Positions 20,554 through 31,063 of a stretch of DNA of 64,000 nucleotides are shown here, in pieces. The stretch's first letter is position 1. Each line of letters opens with the position of its first letter. The translations under genes and the position numbers were made by a program. The notes under the pieces were generated by a model. The model was not told the DNA's origin, made no database searches, and saw only the letters and a program-made list of their open reading frames with translations. Source of the stretch: Vicinamibacterales bacterium (GTDB taxonomy: Bacteria; Acidobacteriota; Vicinamibacteria; Vicinamibacterales; UBA2999); assembly GCA_030680175.1 (NCBI GenBank), contig JAUXWO010000113.1, forward strand, positions 10,082 through 74,081. The letters run 5' to 3'.

Positions 20554-22998
20554 TCAGACGAGTGTGGGAAGCGGACGGCCGGAGGCAGGCTCGCCCGCCG
20601 GCCGGTACGACAGGGTGCCGGCATCGAGGAACACCTCGATCTCGCCCCCCTGCAGGTGGCCCCGAATCAGCTCTTCCGCCAGCGGATCCTCGATGTAGCG
20701 CTGGATGGCGCGGCGGAGCGGCCGGGCCCCGTACGACCGATCCTTGCAGGTGACCTCGATCATCCAGTCGAGCACCTCGGGCAGCAGCGTCACGCGCATG
20801 CGCCGGTCCACGAGGTTCAGGTTGAGCTGGTCGACGAGCAGGGCGAGAATCCGGCGAAGGTCGTCGTCGCCGAGCGCCTCGAAGACGATGAGCTCGTCGA
20901 TGCGGTTGACGAACTCGGGGTTGAACGTCCGCTTCACCTCGCCGAGCACCATCTCCTGCACGTTCTTCTGCAGGTCGCCGGACTCGGCCGCCTGGAAGCC
21001 CATCGTCGCCCGCTTCTGGATGAAGCGCGCGCCGATGTTCGACGTCATGATGATGATCGCGTTCTTGAAGTTGACGCGGTTGCCCAGCCCGTCGGTCAGG
21101 TGGCCGTCCTCGAACACCTGCAGCAGGATGTTGAAGATGTCGGGGTGCGCCTTCTCGATTTCGTCGAGCAGGACCACGGAGTAGGGGTTGCGCTTCACCT
21201 TCTCGGTGAGCTGCCCGCCCTCCTCGTGACCGACGTAGCCGGGCGGCGACCCGATCAGCTTCGAGACCGAGTGCTTCTCCATGTACTCGGACATGTCGAA
21301 GCGGATGAGCGCGCCCTCGCTCCCGAACAGGAACTGCGCCAGCGCGCGCGCCAGCTCCGTCTTGCCGACGCCGGTCGGCCCGAGGAACATGAAGCTGCCG
21401 ACCGGCCGGTTCGGGTTCTTGAGGCCCGCCCGCGAGCGGCGAATCGCGCGCGAGACGGCGGAAATCGCCCGCTCCTGGCTCACCACGCGGCGGTGGAGGT
21501 CCGCCTCCATCCGCAGCAGCTTGTCGCCCTCGTCCTGGTTGATCGAGGTGAGCGGCACGCCCGTCCACTTCGACACCACCTCGTCGATGTCGGCCTTGCC
21601 GACGACGACGCGGCGGGCGCTGGAGCGCACGTCGAACTTCTCGCGGACGAACTGCAGGTTCTCGCGCGCGGCCACTTCCTGGTCGCGGTAGTACTGCGCC
21701 TTGTCGAAGTCCTTGGCCGACACCGCGCTCTCCATCTGCTCGACGGCGACGCGGATGCTCTTGTTGATCTCGCCGAACTCGTCCGTGTAGCCGGCCTCGC
21801 GCAGCTTGGCGCGCGCGCCCGCCTCGTCGACCAGATCGATCGCCTTGTCGGGCAGGAACCGGTCCGTGATGTAGCGGCTCGACTGGTACACCGCCGCCTC
21901 GACGGCCTCGCGCGTGTACTCGACGTGGTGGAACGTCTCGTAGCGGTCCTTGATGCCGAGCAGGATGTCGATCGTCTCGCGCTCGCCGGGCGGGTCCACC
22001 TTGATGGCCTGGAAGCGGCGCTCGAGCGAGCGGTCCTTCTCGATGTACTTGCGGTATTCGGCCGGCGTCGTGGCGCCGATGCAGCGGATTTCGCCGCGCG
22101 AGAGCGCCGGCTTCAGGATGTTGGCCGCGTCGAGCGACCCTTCCGCCGACCCGGCGCCCACCAGCGTGTGCAGCTCGTCGATGAACACGATGATGTTCGG
22201 GTTCTCGGTCAGCTCCTTCATGATCGCCTTGAGGCGCTCTTCGAACTGCCCGCGGTACTTCGTGCCGGCGACGATGAGGGAGATGTCGAGCGCCAGCAGG
22301 CGCTTGTCGGCGAGGAAGTGCGGCACGTCGCCGTAGACGATCTTCTGCGCCAGGCCCTCGACAATCGCCGTCTTGCCCACGCCGGGCTCGCCGATGAGCA
22401 CCGCGTTGTTCTTGGTGCGGCGGCAGAGCACCTGCTGCACGCGCTCGAGTTCGTAGTCGCGGCCGACCAGCGGGTCGAGCTGGTTCTTCATCGCGATCTC
22501 GGTCAGATCGCGGCTGAACTCCGCCAGCAGCGGCGTCTCCTTCACGCGCGTCAGCGTCGTCTTCTCGTTCAGGAGCTGGACGATGTCCTCGCGGACGGTG
22601 TGGAGGCGCATCCCCTTCTCCATGAGGATCGTCGCCGCCACCGAGCGCTCCTCGCGCAGGATGCCGAGCAGGAGGTGTTCGGTGCCGATGTAGTTGTGCA
22701 GAAGCCGGTCGGCCTCTTCGGCCGCGTACTGCAGGACGCGCTTCGTTTCGGCGCTGAATGGAATCTCGACGGAGGTGGAGACCTTCTCGCGGAAGACCGT
22801 GCGGCCCTCGATCTCCTTGCGGATGTTCTCGAGCGACAGGTGCGAGCGGGCAAAGATCCGGCTCGTCAGGCCCTTGCCTTCGCGGATCAGGCCGAGCAGC
22901 AGGTGCTCGGTCTCGATCGAGATGCTTCCGAGCTGGCTGGCCTCATACCGGGCGAAGAAGAGAACCCGCCGCGCTCTTTCGGTGTACCGCTCGAACAT
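20554..22998 (-). CDS. clpC: ATP-dependent Clp protease ATP-binding subunit (ClpC/ClpA type)
   Basis: [11 protein letters not shown] Clp-[20 protein letters not shown] ClpP-docking loop; start ATG 22998. Confidence 0.93.
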   Translation of the reverse strand: MFERYTERARRVLFFARYEASQLGSISIETEHLLLGLIREGKGLTSRIFARSHLSLENIRKEIEGRTVFREKVSTSVEIPFSAETKRVLQYAAEEADRLLHNYIGTEHLLLGILREERSVAATILMEKGMRLHTVREDIVQLLNEKTTLTRVKETPLLAEFSRDLTEIAMKNQLDPLVGRDYELERVQQVLCRRTKNNAVLIGEPGVGKTAIVEGLAQKIVYGDVPHFLADKRLLALDISLIVAGTKYRGQFEERLKAIMKELTENPNIIVFIDELHTLVGAGSAEGSLDAANILKPALSRGEIRCIGATTPAEYRKYIEKDRSLERRFQAIKVDPPGERETIDILLGIKDRYETFHHVEYTREAVEAAVYQSSRYITDRFLPDKAIDLVDEAGARAKLREAGYTDEFGEINKSIRVAVEQMESAVSAKDFDKAQYYRDQEVAARENLQFVREKFDVRSSARRVVVGKADIDEVVSKWTGVPLTSINQDEGDKLLRMEADLHRRVVSQERAISAVSRAIRRSRAGLKNPNRPVGSFMFLGPTGVGKTELARALAQFLFGSEGALIRFDMSEYMEKHSVSKLIGSPPGYVGHEEGGQLTEKVKRNPYSVVLLDEIEKAHPDIFNILLQVFEDGHLTDGLGNRVNFKNAIIIMTSNIGARFIQKRATMGFQAAESGDLQKNVQEMVLGEVKRTFNPEFVNRIDELIVFEALGDDDLRRILALLVDQLNLNLVDRRMRVTLLPEVLDWMIEVTCKDRSYGARPLRRAIQRYIEDPLAEELIRGHLQGGEIEVFLDAGTLSYRPAGEPASGRPLPTLV

Positions 22999-23268
22999 CC
23001 GGCCGCCTTCGGTTGTGGGACACGGACCCGCGTGCCACCCGTGACCGTGGAAGGGACTCCACGTAACCGCCATTATACGGCATCCCGAGGGCGGCTCCAA
23101 CCGTCCCGTCCCGGCTAAGTCCAAGCGACAGTGATGTTTCGGCGAATCACACCCTGGGGGCCTTTGGCGCCTCCGGAACCGGACGGCGGTCTGACCGCCG
23201 GCGGCCGGGCGGGCGCGGCCCGGGGGCCGGACCGCCGTCCCGGTAGAATGCGGGCCTGGAGGACCTCT

Positions 23269-24159
23269 GTGTCAGACCCCATCGGATTCATCGGACTCGG
23301 CGCCATGGGCCTGCCCATGGCGCGCCACCTGCTGGCCGCCGGCCGGCCGCTCGTCGTGCACAGCCGCAGCCGCGGTCCGGTGGACGCGCTCGTCGCCGAG
23401 GGCGCGCGCGCGGCCGCCTCGCCGGCGGAGGTGGCACGGCAGGCGCGCACCATCTTCACGATGCTGCCGGACGGCCCCGACGTCACGCAGGTGCTCGAGG
23501 GCGAGCACGGCGTCTTCGCCGCGATGGCGCCCCACACCGTCATCGTTGACTCGAGCACCATCGCGCCGGAGACGGCCCGGCGGCTGGCCGCGCGCGCCAC
23601 GGCGCTCGGCGCGGTGCTGCTCGACGCGCCGGTGAGTGGCGGCGAGATCGGCGCCATCGAGGGCACGCTCACGTTCATGGTGGGCGGCGACGCCGCCGCG
23701 CTCGACGCCGTGCGACCGCTCCTGGCGATCATGGGCCGCGAGGACCGTATCGTCCACATCGGCGAATCGGGCGCGGGGCAAATCGCGAAAGCCTGCAATC
23801 AGCTCGTCATCGGAGGCACGATGGCGGTCGTCGCCGAGGCGATCGCGCTGGCGCGGAAGGCGGACGTGGATCCCGCGAAGGTGCGCCAGGCGCTGCTCGG
23901 TGGATTTGCGAGCAGCCGCGTGCTCGAGGTGCATGGGGAGCGGATGATCAAGGCGAACTACGTGCCGGGATTCAAGGGGCGGCTCTACACCAAGGATCTG
24001 GGGATTGCGCTCGACACCTTGGCGGCGCACGGTGTCCCGGCGCCGGTCACGGCCGTCGTCGCACAACTGGTCCAGGCGCAGACCGCCGCCGGCCGCGGCG
24101 AAGAGGACTACTCGGCGATGGCGGAGATCATCTTCGGGCTGGCAGGACTCACACGCTAG
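23269..24159 (+). CDS. 2-hydroxy-3-oxopropionate reductase / 3-hydroxyisobutyrate dehydrogenase family
   Basis: IGFIGLGAMGLPMA, DAPVSGG, GAGQIAKACNQ; GGAGG upstream of GTG 23269. Confidence 0.9.
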   Translation: MSDPIGFIGLGAMGLPMARHLLAAGRPLVVHSRSRGPVDALVAEGARAAASPAEVARQARTIFTMLPDGPDVTQVLEGEHGVFAAMAPHTVIVDSSTIAPETARRLAARATALGAVLLDAPVSGGEIGAIEGTLTFMVGGDAAALDAVRPLLAIMGREDRIVHIGESGAGQIAKACNQLVIGGTMAVVAEAIALARKADVDPAKVRQALLGGFASSRVLEVHGERMIKANYVPGFKGRLYTKDLGIALDTLAAHGVPAPVTAVVAQLVQAQTAAGRGEEDYSAMAEIIFGLAGLTR

Positions 24160-24333
24160 CCGGGGGTAGGGGGGGTAGGGGTCTGGCACCGTGACACGCA
24201 AAATGACGCAGAATGCGCTACGCGCCCTGTGGACGGCCTGTTGAAAACGTTGAGCCTGGCAGGAACTGCGTCATTCTTCGTGTCACGGTGCCAGACCCCT
24301 CTCCGCCCCGGCAGGACTCACACGCTAGCCGGG
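24141..24333. mobile_element. Palindromic REP/MITE-like element flanked by a 24-bp direct repeat
   Basis: GGCAGGACTCACACGCTAGCCGGG at 24141-24164 and 24310-24333; inner 35-bp inverted repeat at 24177-24211 / 24266-24300 with 2 mismatches. Confidence 0.75.
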
Positions 24334-24340
24334 AGCATTA

Positions 24341-24545
24341 CGTACAAACACGAAGGCCACGAAGACAACACGAAGCAACAACCTCAACGGATCCGGTAGC
24401 GAACCTCGGTCCCAAGATGCTGTGGCTCACGTACCCACGCGAGGTCACGGAGCCGCAACCTCATGGGCTCCGGTGCGCTACCGGATCCTTGAAGTACGTA
24501 TTTCGTGTCGTCTTCGTGGCCTTCGTGTCCTTCGTGTTTGTCCGT
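24341..24545. repeat. CACGAAGG-array hairpin element, copy 1
   Basis: cgtacaaacacgaaggccacgaagacaacacgaa ... ttcgtgtcgtcttcgtggccttcgtgtccttcgtgtttgtccgt; inner IR ggatccggtagcg/cgctaccggatcc. Confidence 0.88.
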
Positions 24546-24560
24546 AGGTGACGCCTGTGA

Positions 24561-25235
<675 letters not shown>

Positions 25236-25277
25236 CAGCCCCGCCCCCACCGCACGACAGGCACCGCCGGCACCGTG

Positions 25278-26501
25278 TTACTCATATCGCAGCCCCTGCG
25301 CCGGGTCGAGGCGCGCGGCCTGACGCGACGGATAGAGCGTGGCCAGGAAGCAGATCACCACGGCGCCCGCGATCACGATGGCCAGGTCCCACGGCAGGAC
25401 CGTGAACGGCAGGTGTGACAGCTGGTAGACGTCGCTCGGGATCTTCACGAGCTGATACCGGTCGAGGAGGCCGGCGATGAGGACCCCCGTCGCGGCGCCC
25501 GTCGCCGTGCCGATGAGGCCGATGATGAGGCCCTGCAGCATGAACACCACCATCACGCTCCGGGCCGAGGCGCCCATCGTCTTCAGGATGGCGATGTCGC
25601 GGCTCTTCTCCATGACGAGCAGGATGAGCGAGGCGATGATGTTCAGCGCCGCCACCATGACGATGAGGCCGATGGCGATCGAGATCGCGACCTTCTCGAG
25701 CCACAGCGCGGAGTAGAGCGACTGGTTCATCTCGGTCCAGTCCTGCGTCAGGTACTCCGGGCCGAGTTCGGCGGTGATGCGCCGCGCCACGTCGGGCGCG
25801 CGGTAGATGTCGTCCACGCGCACCTCGAGGTGATTCACCTCGGCCGTGCCCGCCAGGCGCATCGCGGTGTCGAGCGCCACGAACCCGTAGGCCTGATCGA
25901 ACTCGAACAGGCCCATCGAGAAGAGGCCCACCACGCGGAGCCGCCGCTGGCGCGGCATCATGCCCATCGGCGAGAGCGTGCCGGTCGGCGTGATGAGCGT
26001 GACCGAATCCCCGACGAAGGCGCCGAGTTCCGTCGCGAGGGCCTGGCCGAGCAGCAGCCCCGGCAGGTCTTCGTCCCCGGCCGGCGCCAGCGCGTCGAGG
26101 CTGCCGCTCGTCATGGCGCGTGCCAGTTCCGTCACGTCGCGCTCGAGCGCGGCGTCGACGCCCTTGACGGTGATGAAGCGTTCGCCGCGCGGGCTGGTCA
26201 CGATGGCCTTGCCCATGACGGCCGGCGCGGCCCCGACGACCCCCGGCACACGGGTGAGGCGCGCGGCCTCCGCCTGGTAGTCGAGGATGCCGCCCTGCTT
26301 CCACACGTAGACGTGCGCCGAGGCGCCAAGAATGCGATCGCGCACGCCCTCCTGCAGCCCGGTCATCAGCGCGAGCGCAATGACGAGCGCCATCACGCCG
26401 ACCGTGACGCCGAGGATCGAGACGAGCGAGATGACCGAGATGAACGCCTGCTTGCGCTTGGCCAGGAGATACCGGAGCGCGATCTGCAGTTCGTAGGGCA
26501 C
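25278..26501 (-). CDS. lolC: Lipoprotein-releasing ABC transporter permease (LolC/E)
   Basis: IALRYL...AFISVIS, VAALNII, EKSRDIAILKTMGA, ATLYPSRQA. Confidence 0.9.
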   Translation of the reverse strand: MPYELQIALRYLLAKRKQAFISVISLVSILGVTVGVMALVIALALMTGLQEGVRDRILGASAHVYVWKQGGILDYQAEAARLTRVPGVVGAAPAVMGKAIVTSPRGERFITVKGVDAALERDVTELARAMTSGSLDALAPAGDEDLPGLLLGQALATELGAFVGDSVTLITPTGTLSPMGMMPRQRRLRVVGLFSMGLFEFDQAYGFVALDTAMRLAGTAEVNHLEVRVDDIYRAPDVARRITAELGPEYLTQDWTEMNQSLYSALWLEKVAISIAIGLIVMVAALNIIASLILLVMEKSRDIAILKTMGASARSVMVVFMLQGLIIGLIGTATGAATGVLIAGLLDRYQLVKIPSDVYQLSHLPFTVLPWDLAIVIAGAVVICFLATLYPSRQAARLDPAQGLRYE

Positions 26502-26505
26502 GTGG

Positions 26506-28005
26506 TCAGTCCCGCGGGCGCATCAGGGGAAACAGGATGACGTCGCGGATCGACAGGGAGTTGCTGAGCAGCATCACGAGGCGGTCGATGCCGATGCCCT
26601 CGCCGCCCGTGGGCGGCAGGCCGTACTCGAGCGCGCGGATGTAGTCCTCGTCCATGGCGTGCGCCTCGAGGTCGCCGTGCGCCCGCCCCTGCAGCTGGTG
26701 CTCGAAGCGCCGCCGTTGCTCGTCCGGATCGTTCAGCTCGCTGAAGGCATTCGCCACCTCGAAGCCGCCGATGTAGAGCTCGAAGCGCTCCACCGTGTCC
26801 GGGTCGTCGGCGCGCTGCTTCGACAGCGGCGACACCTCCGTCGGAAAGTCGTAGACGAAGGTCGGCTGCATGAGCTGGTCTTCCCAGAGCGCCTCGAAGA
26901 TCTCGGTGGCGATCCGGCCGGCGCCCGACCCGGCGTGCACTTCGATCCCGAGCGCCGCCGCGACCCCGGCCGCGGCGTCGCGGTCGCGCAGCATGGCGGC
27001 CGTGATCGTCTGCCCGAGCTTCCGGCTCGCCTCCGCCGCCGCGGCCTCGCGCAGCGAGAGCCGGCGGAACGGCGCGCGCATCGTAATGGTGTGCTCGCCG
27101 AACGGGAACTCGTCGGTCCCGATCGCCTCGCGCGCCACCGTCGACAGCAGGTCCTCGGTGAACGCCATCAGCGTCTGGTAGTTCACATACGCCCAGTAGA
27201 ACTCGAGCATCGTGAACTCCGGATTGTGCTGCGTCGAGATCCCTTCGTTCCGGAAGTTACGGTTGATCTCGAACACGCGCTCCATGCCGCCGACGGTGAG
27301 CCGCTTCAGGTACAGCTCGGGCGCGATGCGCAGGAAGAGCGTCATGTCGAGCGCGTTGTGATGCGTCACGAACGGCCTCGCCAGGGCGCCGCCGGCGATC
27401 GGCTGCATCATCGGCGTCTCGACCTCGAGGAAGCCGCGCGAGGTCAGGAACGTGCGGATGGCGGCCACCGTCCGGCTCCGCACCTCGAACACGCGCCGCG
27501 TGTCGGGGTTCACGACCAGATCCAGATAGCGCTGGCGGTACCGCGTCTCGACGTCGCTCAGGCCGTGCCACTTCTCCGGCAGCGGCACGAGGCACTTCGA
27601 CAGGAACGTCAACCCGGACACCCACACCGACAGTTCGTTGGTCTTCGTGCGGAATAGGTGGCCACGCACGCCGACCCAGTCGCCCATGTCGAGCAGGCGC
27701 AGCAGGTCGTAGTCGCGCGCCTCGAGCGCGTCCTTGCGCAGGTAGACCTGCAGGCGCTGGCGGCCATCGGACAGCACGAGGAACGCGGCCTTGCCGAAGC
27801 TGCGCACTCCGAGGATGCGCCCGGCCGTCACCGTCTCGACGCGCGTCGCCTCGAGCGCCTCCCCGGGCGTCTCGTCGTACGTGTCGACAAGGGCGCTCAC
27901 CGTGTGGGTCGTGGCGAACTCGTGCGGGTAGATCTCGACGCCAAGCGCCTGGATCGCCGCCAGATTGGCGCGCCGCTGTTCGGTCTGGACTGCTTCGTTC
28001 GACAT
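26506..28005 (-). CDS. lysS: Lysine--tRNA ligase (class II)
   Basis: RYRQRYLDL, LRIAPELYLKRL, HNPEFTMLE, GIGIDRL. Confidence 0.97.
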   Translation of the reverse strand: MSNEAVQTEQRRANLAAIQALGVEIYPHEFATTHTVSALVDTYDETPGEALEATRVETVTAGRILGVRSFGKAAFLVLSDGRQRLQVYLRKDALEARDYDLLRLLDMGDWVGVRGHLFRTKTNELSVWVSGLTFLSKCLVPLPEKWHGLSDVETRYRQRYLDLVVNPDTRRVFEVRSRTVAAIRTFLTSRGFLEVETPMMQPIAGGALARPFVTHHNALDMTLFLRIAPELYLKRLTVGGMERVFEINRNFRNEGISTQHNPEFTMLEFYWAYVNYQTLMAFTEDLLSTVAREAIGTDEFPFGEHTITMRAPFRRLSLREAAAAEASRKLGQTITAAMLRDRDAAAGVAAALGIEVHAGSGAGRIATEIFEALWEDQLMQPTFVYDFPTEVSPLSKQRADDPDTVERFELYIGGFEVANAFSELNDPDEQRRRFEHQLQGRAHGDLEAHAMDEDYIRALEYGLPPTGGEGIGIDRLVMLLSNSLSIRDVILFPLMRPRD

Positions 28006-28045
28006 GAGAGTTCAGCCCCGCCTCGGGCTAGCGCGTCGCGCTCCG

Positions 28046-28204
28046 CTCGTGGACCGCATCCGATGAATCGGTACGACCCGCGCCTGCGCGCGGCCCCTGA
28101 TTCCGCGGGCCGCACCTGCGGTGCGGCCTCCTGGTTGTATGTGCCGACTCTGCGGGTCGCCCAACGGCCAGCCCGGTGGTGGCTCGCCGGCGACACGCCA
28201 CGAG
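28046..28204. repeat. MITE-like element homologous to 46056-46166
   Basis: Ends CTCGTGG...CCACGAG; 28146-28204 aligns with 46108-46166 (GACTCTGCGGGYCGCCCAACGG...CGACACGCCAC). Confidence 0.72.
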
Positions 28205-28222
28205 TCGCTCGCTGCACGCCCG

Positions 28223-28690
28223 CTACGAGACGATGCGCCCCTCGTCGCGGAGGCGGCGCAGGATGCCGTCGAGCACCCCGTTGACGAAGCGCGCGGCCTC
28301 CTCGCCGCTGTACGCGCGTGACAGCTCGATGGCTTCGTCCAGGACGACGTTCGGCGGCGTCTCCGGGTGCGCGAGCAATTCATGCGTGGCCAGGCGCAGC
28401 ACCTGGCGATCGAGCGCCGTCATGCGCTCGACCCGCCAGTTCGTCGAGGCCTCGCCAATCCGCAGGTCCAGCGGGCCCCGCGCGTCCCACGCCCCGCGCG
28501 CCAGCGACGCCGCCAGCTCGCGGCCGTCATCGTCCAGCGGGCTCTCCTCGTCGGCGAGGACCGTGTCGAGCGCGCCGACCACCTCGAGGATGTCGAGGCG
28601 GCCGACCTCGCACCGGTACAGCAGCTTGAGCGCGGTCTCGCGGGCCCGCTTGCGCTGCGCCCATCGCGCCGATGCCGGCCGGCCGCTCAT
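28223..28690 (-). CDS. nusB: Transcription antitermination factor NusB
   Basis: RKRARETAL, NWRVERM, VVLDEAIELSR, FVNGVLD. Confidence 0.94.
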   Translation of the reverse strand: MSGRPASARWAQRKRARETALKLLYRCEVGRLDILEVVGALDTVLADEESPLDDDGRELAASLARGAWDARGPLDLRIGEASTNWRVERMTALDRQVLRLATHELLAHPETPPNVVLDEAIELSRAYSGEEAARFVNGVLDGILRRLRDEGRIVS

Positions 28691-29130
28691 GCCCGCGGCC
28701 CGTCGCCGAGCCCGGTCAGCAGCGCCGCCATTTCGAGCGCCGCGGCCGCCGCCTCGCGCCCCTTGTTCTCGGGCCCGGCCCCCGCGCGCTCGATCGCCTC
28801 CTCGACGGAGTTGGTCGTCAGCACGCCGAACGCCATCGGGACGCCCGTGGCGGCCGCGGCGGCGGTGATCCCGTGCGCCGCCGCCGATGCGATGTACTCG
28901 AAGTGCGGCGTCCCGCCGCGAATCAGGCAGCCGAGGCAGATCACGGCCTGCACGCGGCCGAGTTCGGCAATCCGCTGCGCGGCGATCGGAATCTCGAACG
29001 CGCCCGGGACGCGCAACACCTCGACATCCGTGTCCGCGACGCCGGCGTCGCGGAGCGCCGCCCGCGCACCCTCGAGCAACCGCTCGGTCACGAAGTCATT
29101 GAACCGGGAAACGACGATGGCAACACGCAT
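28687..29130 (-). CDS. ribH: 6,7-dimethyl-8-ribityllumazine synthase
   Basis: SRFN, VPGAFEIP, GCLIRGGTPHFEYI, FGVLT, NKG. Confidence 0.95.
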   Translation of the reverse strand: MRVAIVVSRFNDFVTERLLEGARAALRDAGVADTDVEVLRVPGAFEIPIAAQRIAELGRVQAVICLGCLIRGGTPHFEYIASAAAHGITAAAAATGVPMAFGVLTTNSVEEAIERAGAGPENKGREAAAAALEMAALLTGLGDGPRA

Positions 29131-29136
29131 TGCAGG

Positions 29137-29224
29137 GCTATCGGCTATCAGCGATCGGCTTTCGGCTATCAGCTTTCGGCTCTCGGCACCTTGGGCACCC
29201 TGGGCACCGCGGGCACCCTGGGCA
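29137..29224. repeat. Heptamer (GCTATCG/GCTTTCG) array plus 9-mer (GGCACCCTG) array
   Basis: Fills the whole crt-ribH spacer. Confidence 0.88.
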
Positions 29225-30007
29225 CTATCGCCCCTTCCAGTCCGCCTTGCGCTTCTCGAGGAACGCGCGCGTCCCTTCCTTGGTGTCGTCGGTGGACGCG
29301 ATGGCCCCGAAGAGCGCGGTCTCGAGGTACTGCGCCTGGGCCAGCGGCATCTCGAGCCCTTCGTGCACCGCCTCCAGGATGTAGCGCACCGCGACGGGCG
29401 CCTTCGACGCGAGCGTCGCCGCCAGCTTCGTCGCTTCGGCCATCAGCTCGGCCGCCGGCACGACCCGGTTGACCAGGCCAATCTCGTAGGCGCGCGCCGC
29501 GGACACCATGTCGCCGGTCAGGAGGATCTCGAGCGCGATCCCCCGGCCGACCAGCCGCGGCAGCCGCTGGCTGCCGGCGTACCCGGGGATGATCCCCAGA
29601 TTGACCTCGGGCTGCCCGAACCGCGCCGTGTCCGCCGCCAGACGCAGCGTGCACGCCATGGCCAGCTCGCAGCCACCACCGAGCGCGAAGCCGTTGACCG
29701 CGGCGATGACCGGCTTGCCGAGCTGCTCGATCAGATCGAACACCTTCTGGCCGCTGCGCGCGTGTTCCTTGCCCGCCGTCGGCGTCAGGGCCGCCAGCTC
29801 GTTGATGTCGGCGCCGGCGACGAAGGACTTCTCGCCCGCGCCGGTGAGCACGATGGCCTTGACCGCCGCGTCGCGCTGCAACGCGAGCATCGCATCGCGC
29901 AGTTCCGCGATGGTCTGCCCGTTCAGCGCGTTCAGCACCTTCGGGCGGTTGATGGTGACGACGGCGACACCGCCGTCCTGTTCGACGAGCAGGGTTTCAA
30001 AGGTCAT
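29225..30007 (-). CDS. Enoyl-CoA hydratase/isomerase (crotonase)
   Basis: FVAGADI, GFALGGGCELAMAC, QPEVNLGIIPG; start ATG 30007. Confidence 0.92.
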   Translation of the reverse strand: MTFETLLVEQDGGVAVVTINRPKVLNALNGQTIAELRDAMLALQRDAAVKAIVLTGAGEKSFVAGADINELAALTPTAGKEHARSGQKVFDLIEQLGKPVIAAVNGFALGGGCELAMACTLRLAADTARFGQPEVNLGIIPGYAGSQRLPRLVGRGIALEILLTGDMVSAARAYEIGLVNRVVPAAELMAEATKLAATLASKAPVAVRYILEAVHEGLEMPLAQAQYLETALFGAIASTDDTKEGTRAFLEKRKADWKGR

Positions 30008-30405
30008 GGATGAGGCCTCGGGCGGCGCGCGGGGCGGCCGCCAAAACGCTTGATTATACCCCACGCCCACGCGGCCCCCGCCCCGGCGGCGGCCCCCAGC
30101 GCATCGGCGGCCAGGTCGTACCAGTCGGCATGACGCTCCGGGGTGAAGCGCTGGTGCCACTCGTCGGTGGCCCCGTACAGGGTCGCGATGAGCCACGCCG
30201 CCGCGGCGAGGCGCAGGGTGACGGCGGTCCACCGTCCGTCGGCCAGGGCGCGTGCGGTCAGCACCGCGAGCGCCAGGTAGGTGATCCAGTGCAGCGACTT
30301 GTCGGAGACCCCCGGCGGCGAGGGCGGGCTCGACATCGACGAGACGGCGAAGATCGCCGCCATCAGCGTGACCACGGGGAGCCAGAGAATGAGGCGTCGG
30401 GGCAT
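30004..30405 (-). CDS. VanZ family membrane protein
   Basis: DKSLHWITY, YGATDEWHQRFTPERHADWYDLAAD. Confidence 0.85.
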   Translation of the reverse strand: MPRRLILWLPVVTLMAAIFAVSSMSSPPSPPGVSDKSLHWITYLALAVLTARALADGRWTAVTLRLAAAAWLIATLYGATDEWHQRFTPERHADWYDLAADALGAAAGAGAAWAWGIIKRFGGRPARRPRPHP

Positions 30406-30480
30406 GGGGTCAGCGCGCGGGGTCAGGACCCGGCGGGGTGCGGAGCGGCGGCCTCATCAACGTCGCGGCGCGGCGACCGC

Positions 30481-30654
30481 CTACAGCGGCAGCGGGTACA
30501 TCAGCCAGCCGAGCACCAGACCGGCGAACACGAAGCCCGCGAACATCCGGGCGCCGAGCCCGGCCTGCTCGCGCGGCGTCTCGCGCATGAGCACCGCGAA
30601 GACGAGCGAGACGAAGAACGCGAACAGCACGAGGAGCAGCAGGTGGCTGGTCAT
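30481..30654 (-). CDS. Small two-TM membrane protein (57 aa), hypothetical
   Basis: Manual translation MTSHLLLLVLFAFFVSLVFAVLMRETPREQAGLGARMFAGFVFAGLVLGWLMYPLPL; 6 nt after the previous stop, with an AGGA RBS. Confidence 0.75.
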   Translation of the reverse strand: MTSHLLLLVLFAFFVSLVFAVLMRETPREQAGLGARMFAGFVFAGLVLGWLMYPLPL

Positions 30655-30660
30655 CGCGTC

Positions 30661-31053
30661 CTACTTGCGGCCCAGCGCGACATCGTAGGCATCGAGCACG
30701 ACGAGCATGTTCAGCAGGCCGGCCACGATGAGGAACGCATTGCCGTACTCGTAGGACGGGGCGGTCACGACGCCCCGGCCAAGCCCCATCGCGGAGGCCA
30801 GCAGGTACGGCACACCCGACCCCAGGTTCGCAAACGCCGCGAGGCCCACGAGCGGTTCTGCGAGGACGAACGGGAAGAGCCGGCCGTCTAGCCAGAGGCC
30901 CATCGCGAACATCAGCGGCAGCGCGATCAGGAAGACCACGCCCTTCTGGGTCCGGCCCTGCAGCAGGTGTCCGGCTCCGGGGATGAGCCACGCGGCGGCG
31001 GAGATGAGATGGGGATTCGCGCCCTGGGCACGACTCGAGGCGGTCGCTTGCAC
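30661..31053 (-). CDS. Membrane protein (DUF6677-like)
   Basis: AWLIPGAGH, EYGNAFLIVAGLLNMLVVLDAYD; hydrophobic. Confidence 0.75.
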   Translation of the reverse strand: MQATASSRAQGANPHLISAAAWLIPGAGHLLQGRTQKGVVFLIALPLMFAMGLWLDGRLFPFVLAEPLVGLAAFANLGSGVPYLLASAMGLGRGVVTAPSYEYGNAFLIVAGLLNMLVVLDAYDVALGRK

Positions 31054-31063
31054 GGTCTGTAGT

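Noticed and set aside
18651-23118. Long plus-strand ORFs (700 aa, 944 aa)
   Set aside because: Antisense to bamA and clpC; a codon-bias artefact, like the other long overlapping ORFs in the track
24141-24333. 24-bp direct repeat as CRISPR or prophage att pair
   Set aside because: Two copies only, enclosing a 145-nt palindrome; no integrase, cas or phage genes
24213-24551. Short ORFs spanning repeat elements (also 58531-58839 and 38041-38436)
   Set aside because: They translate repeat arms, have no recognisable motifs and lie in atypical-composition spacers
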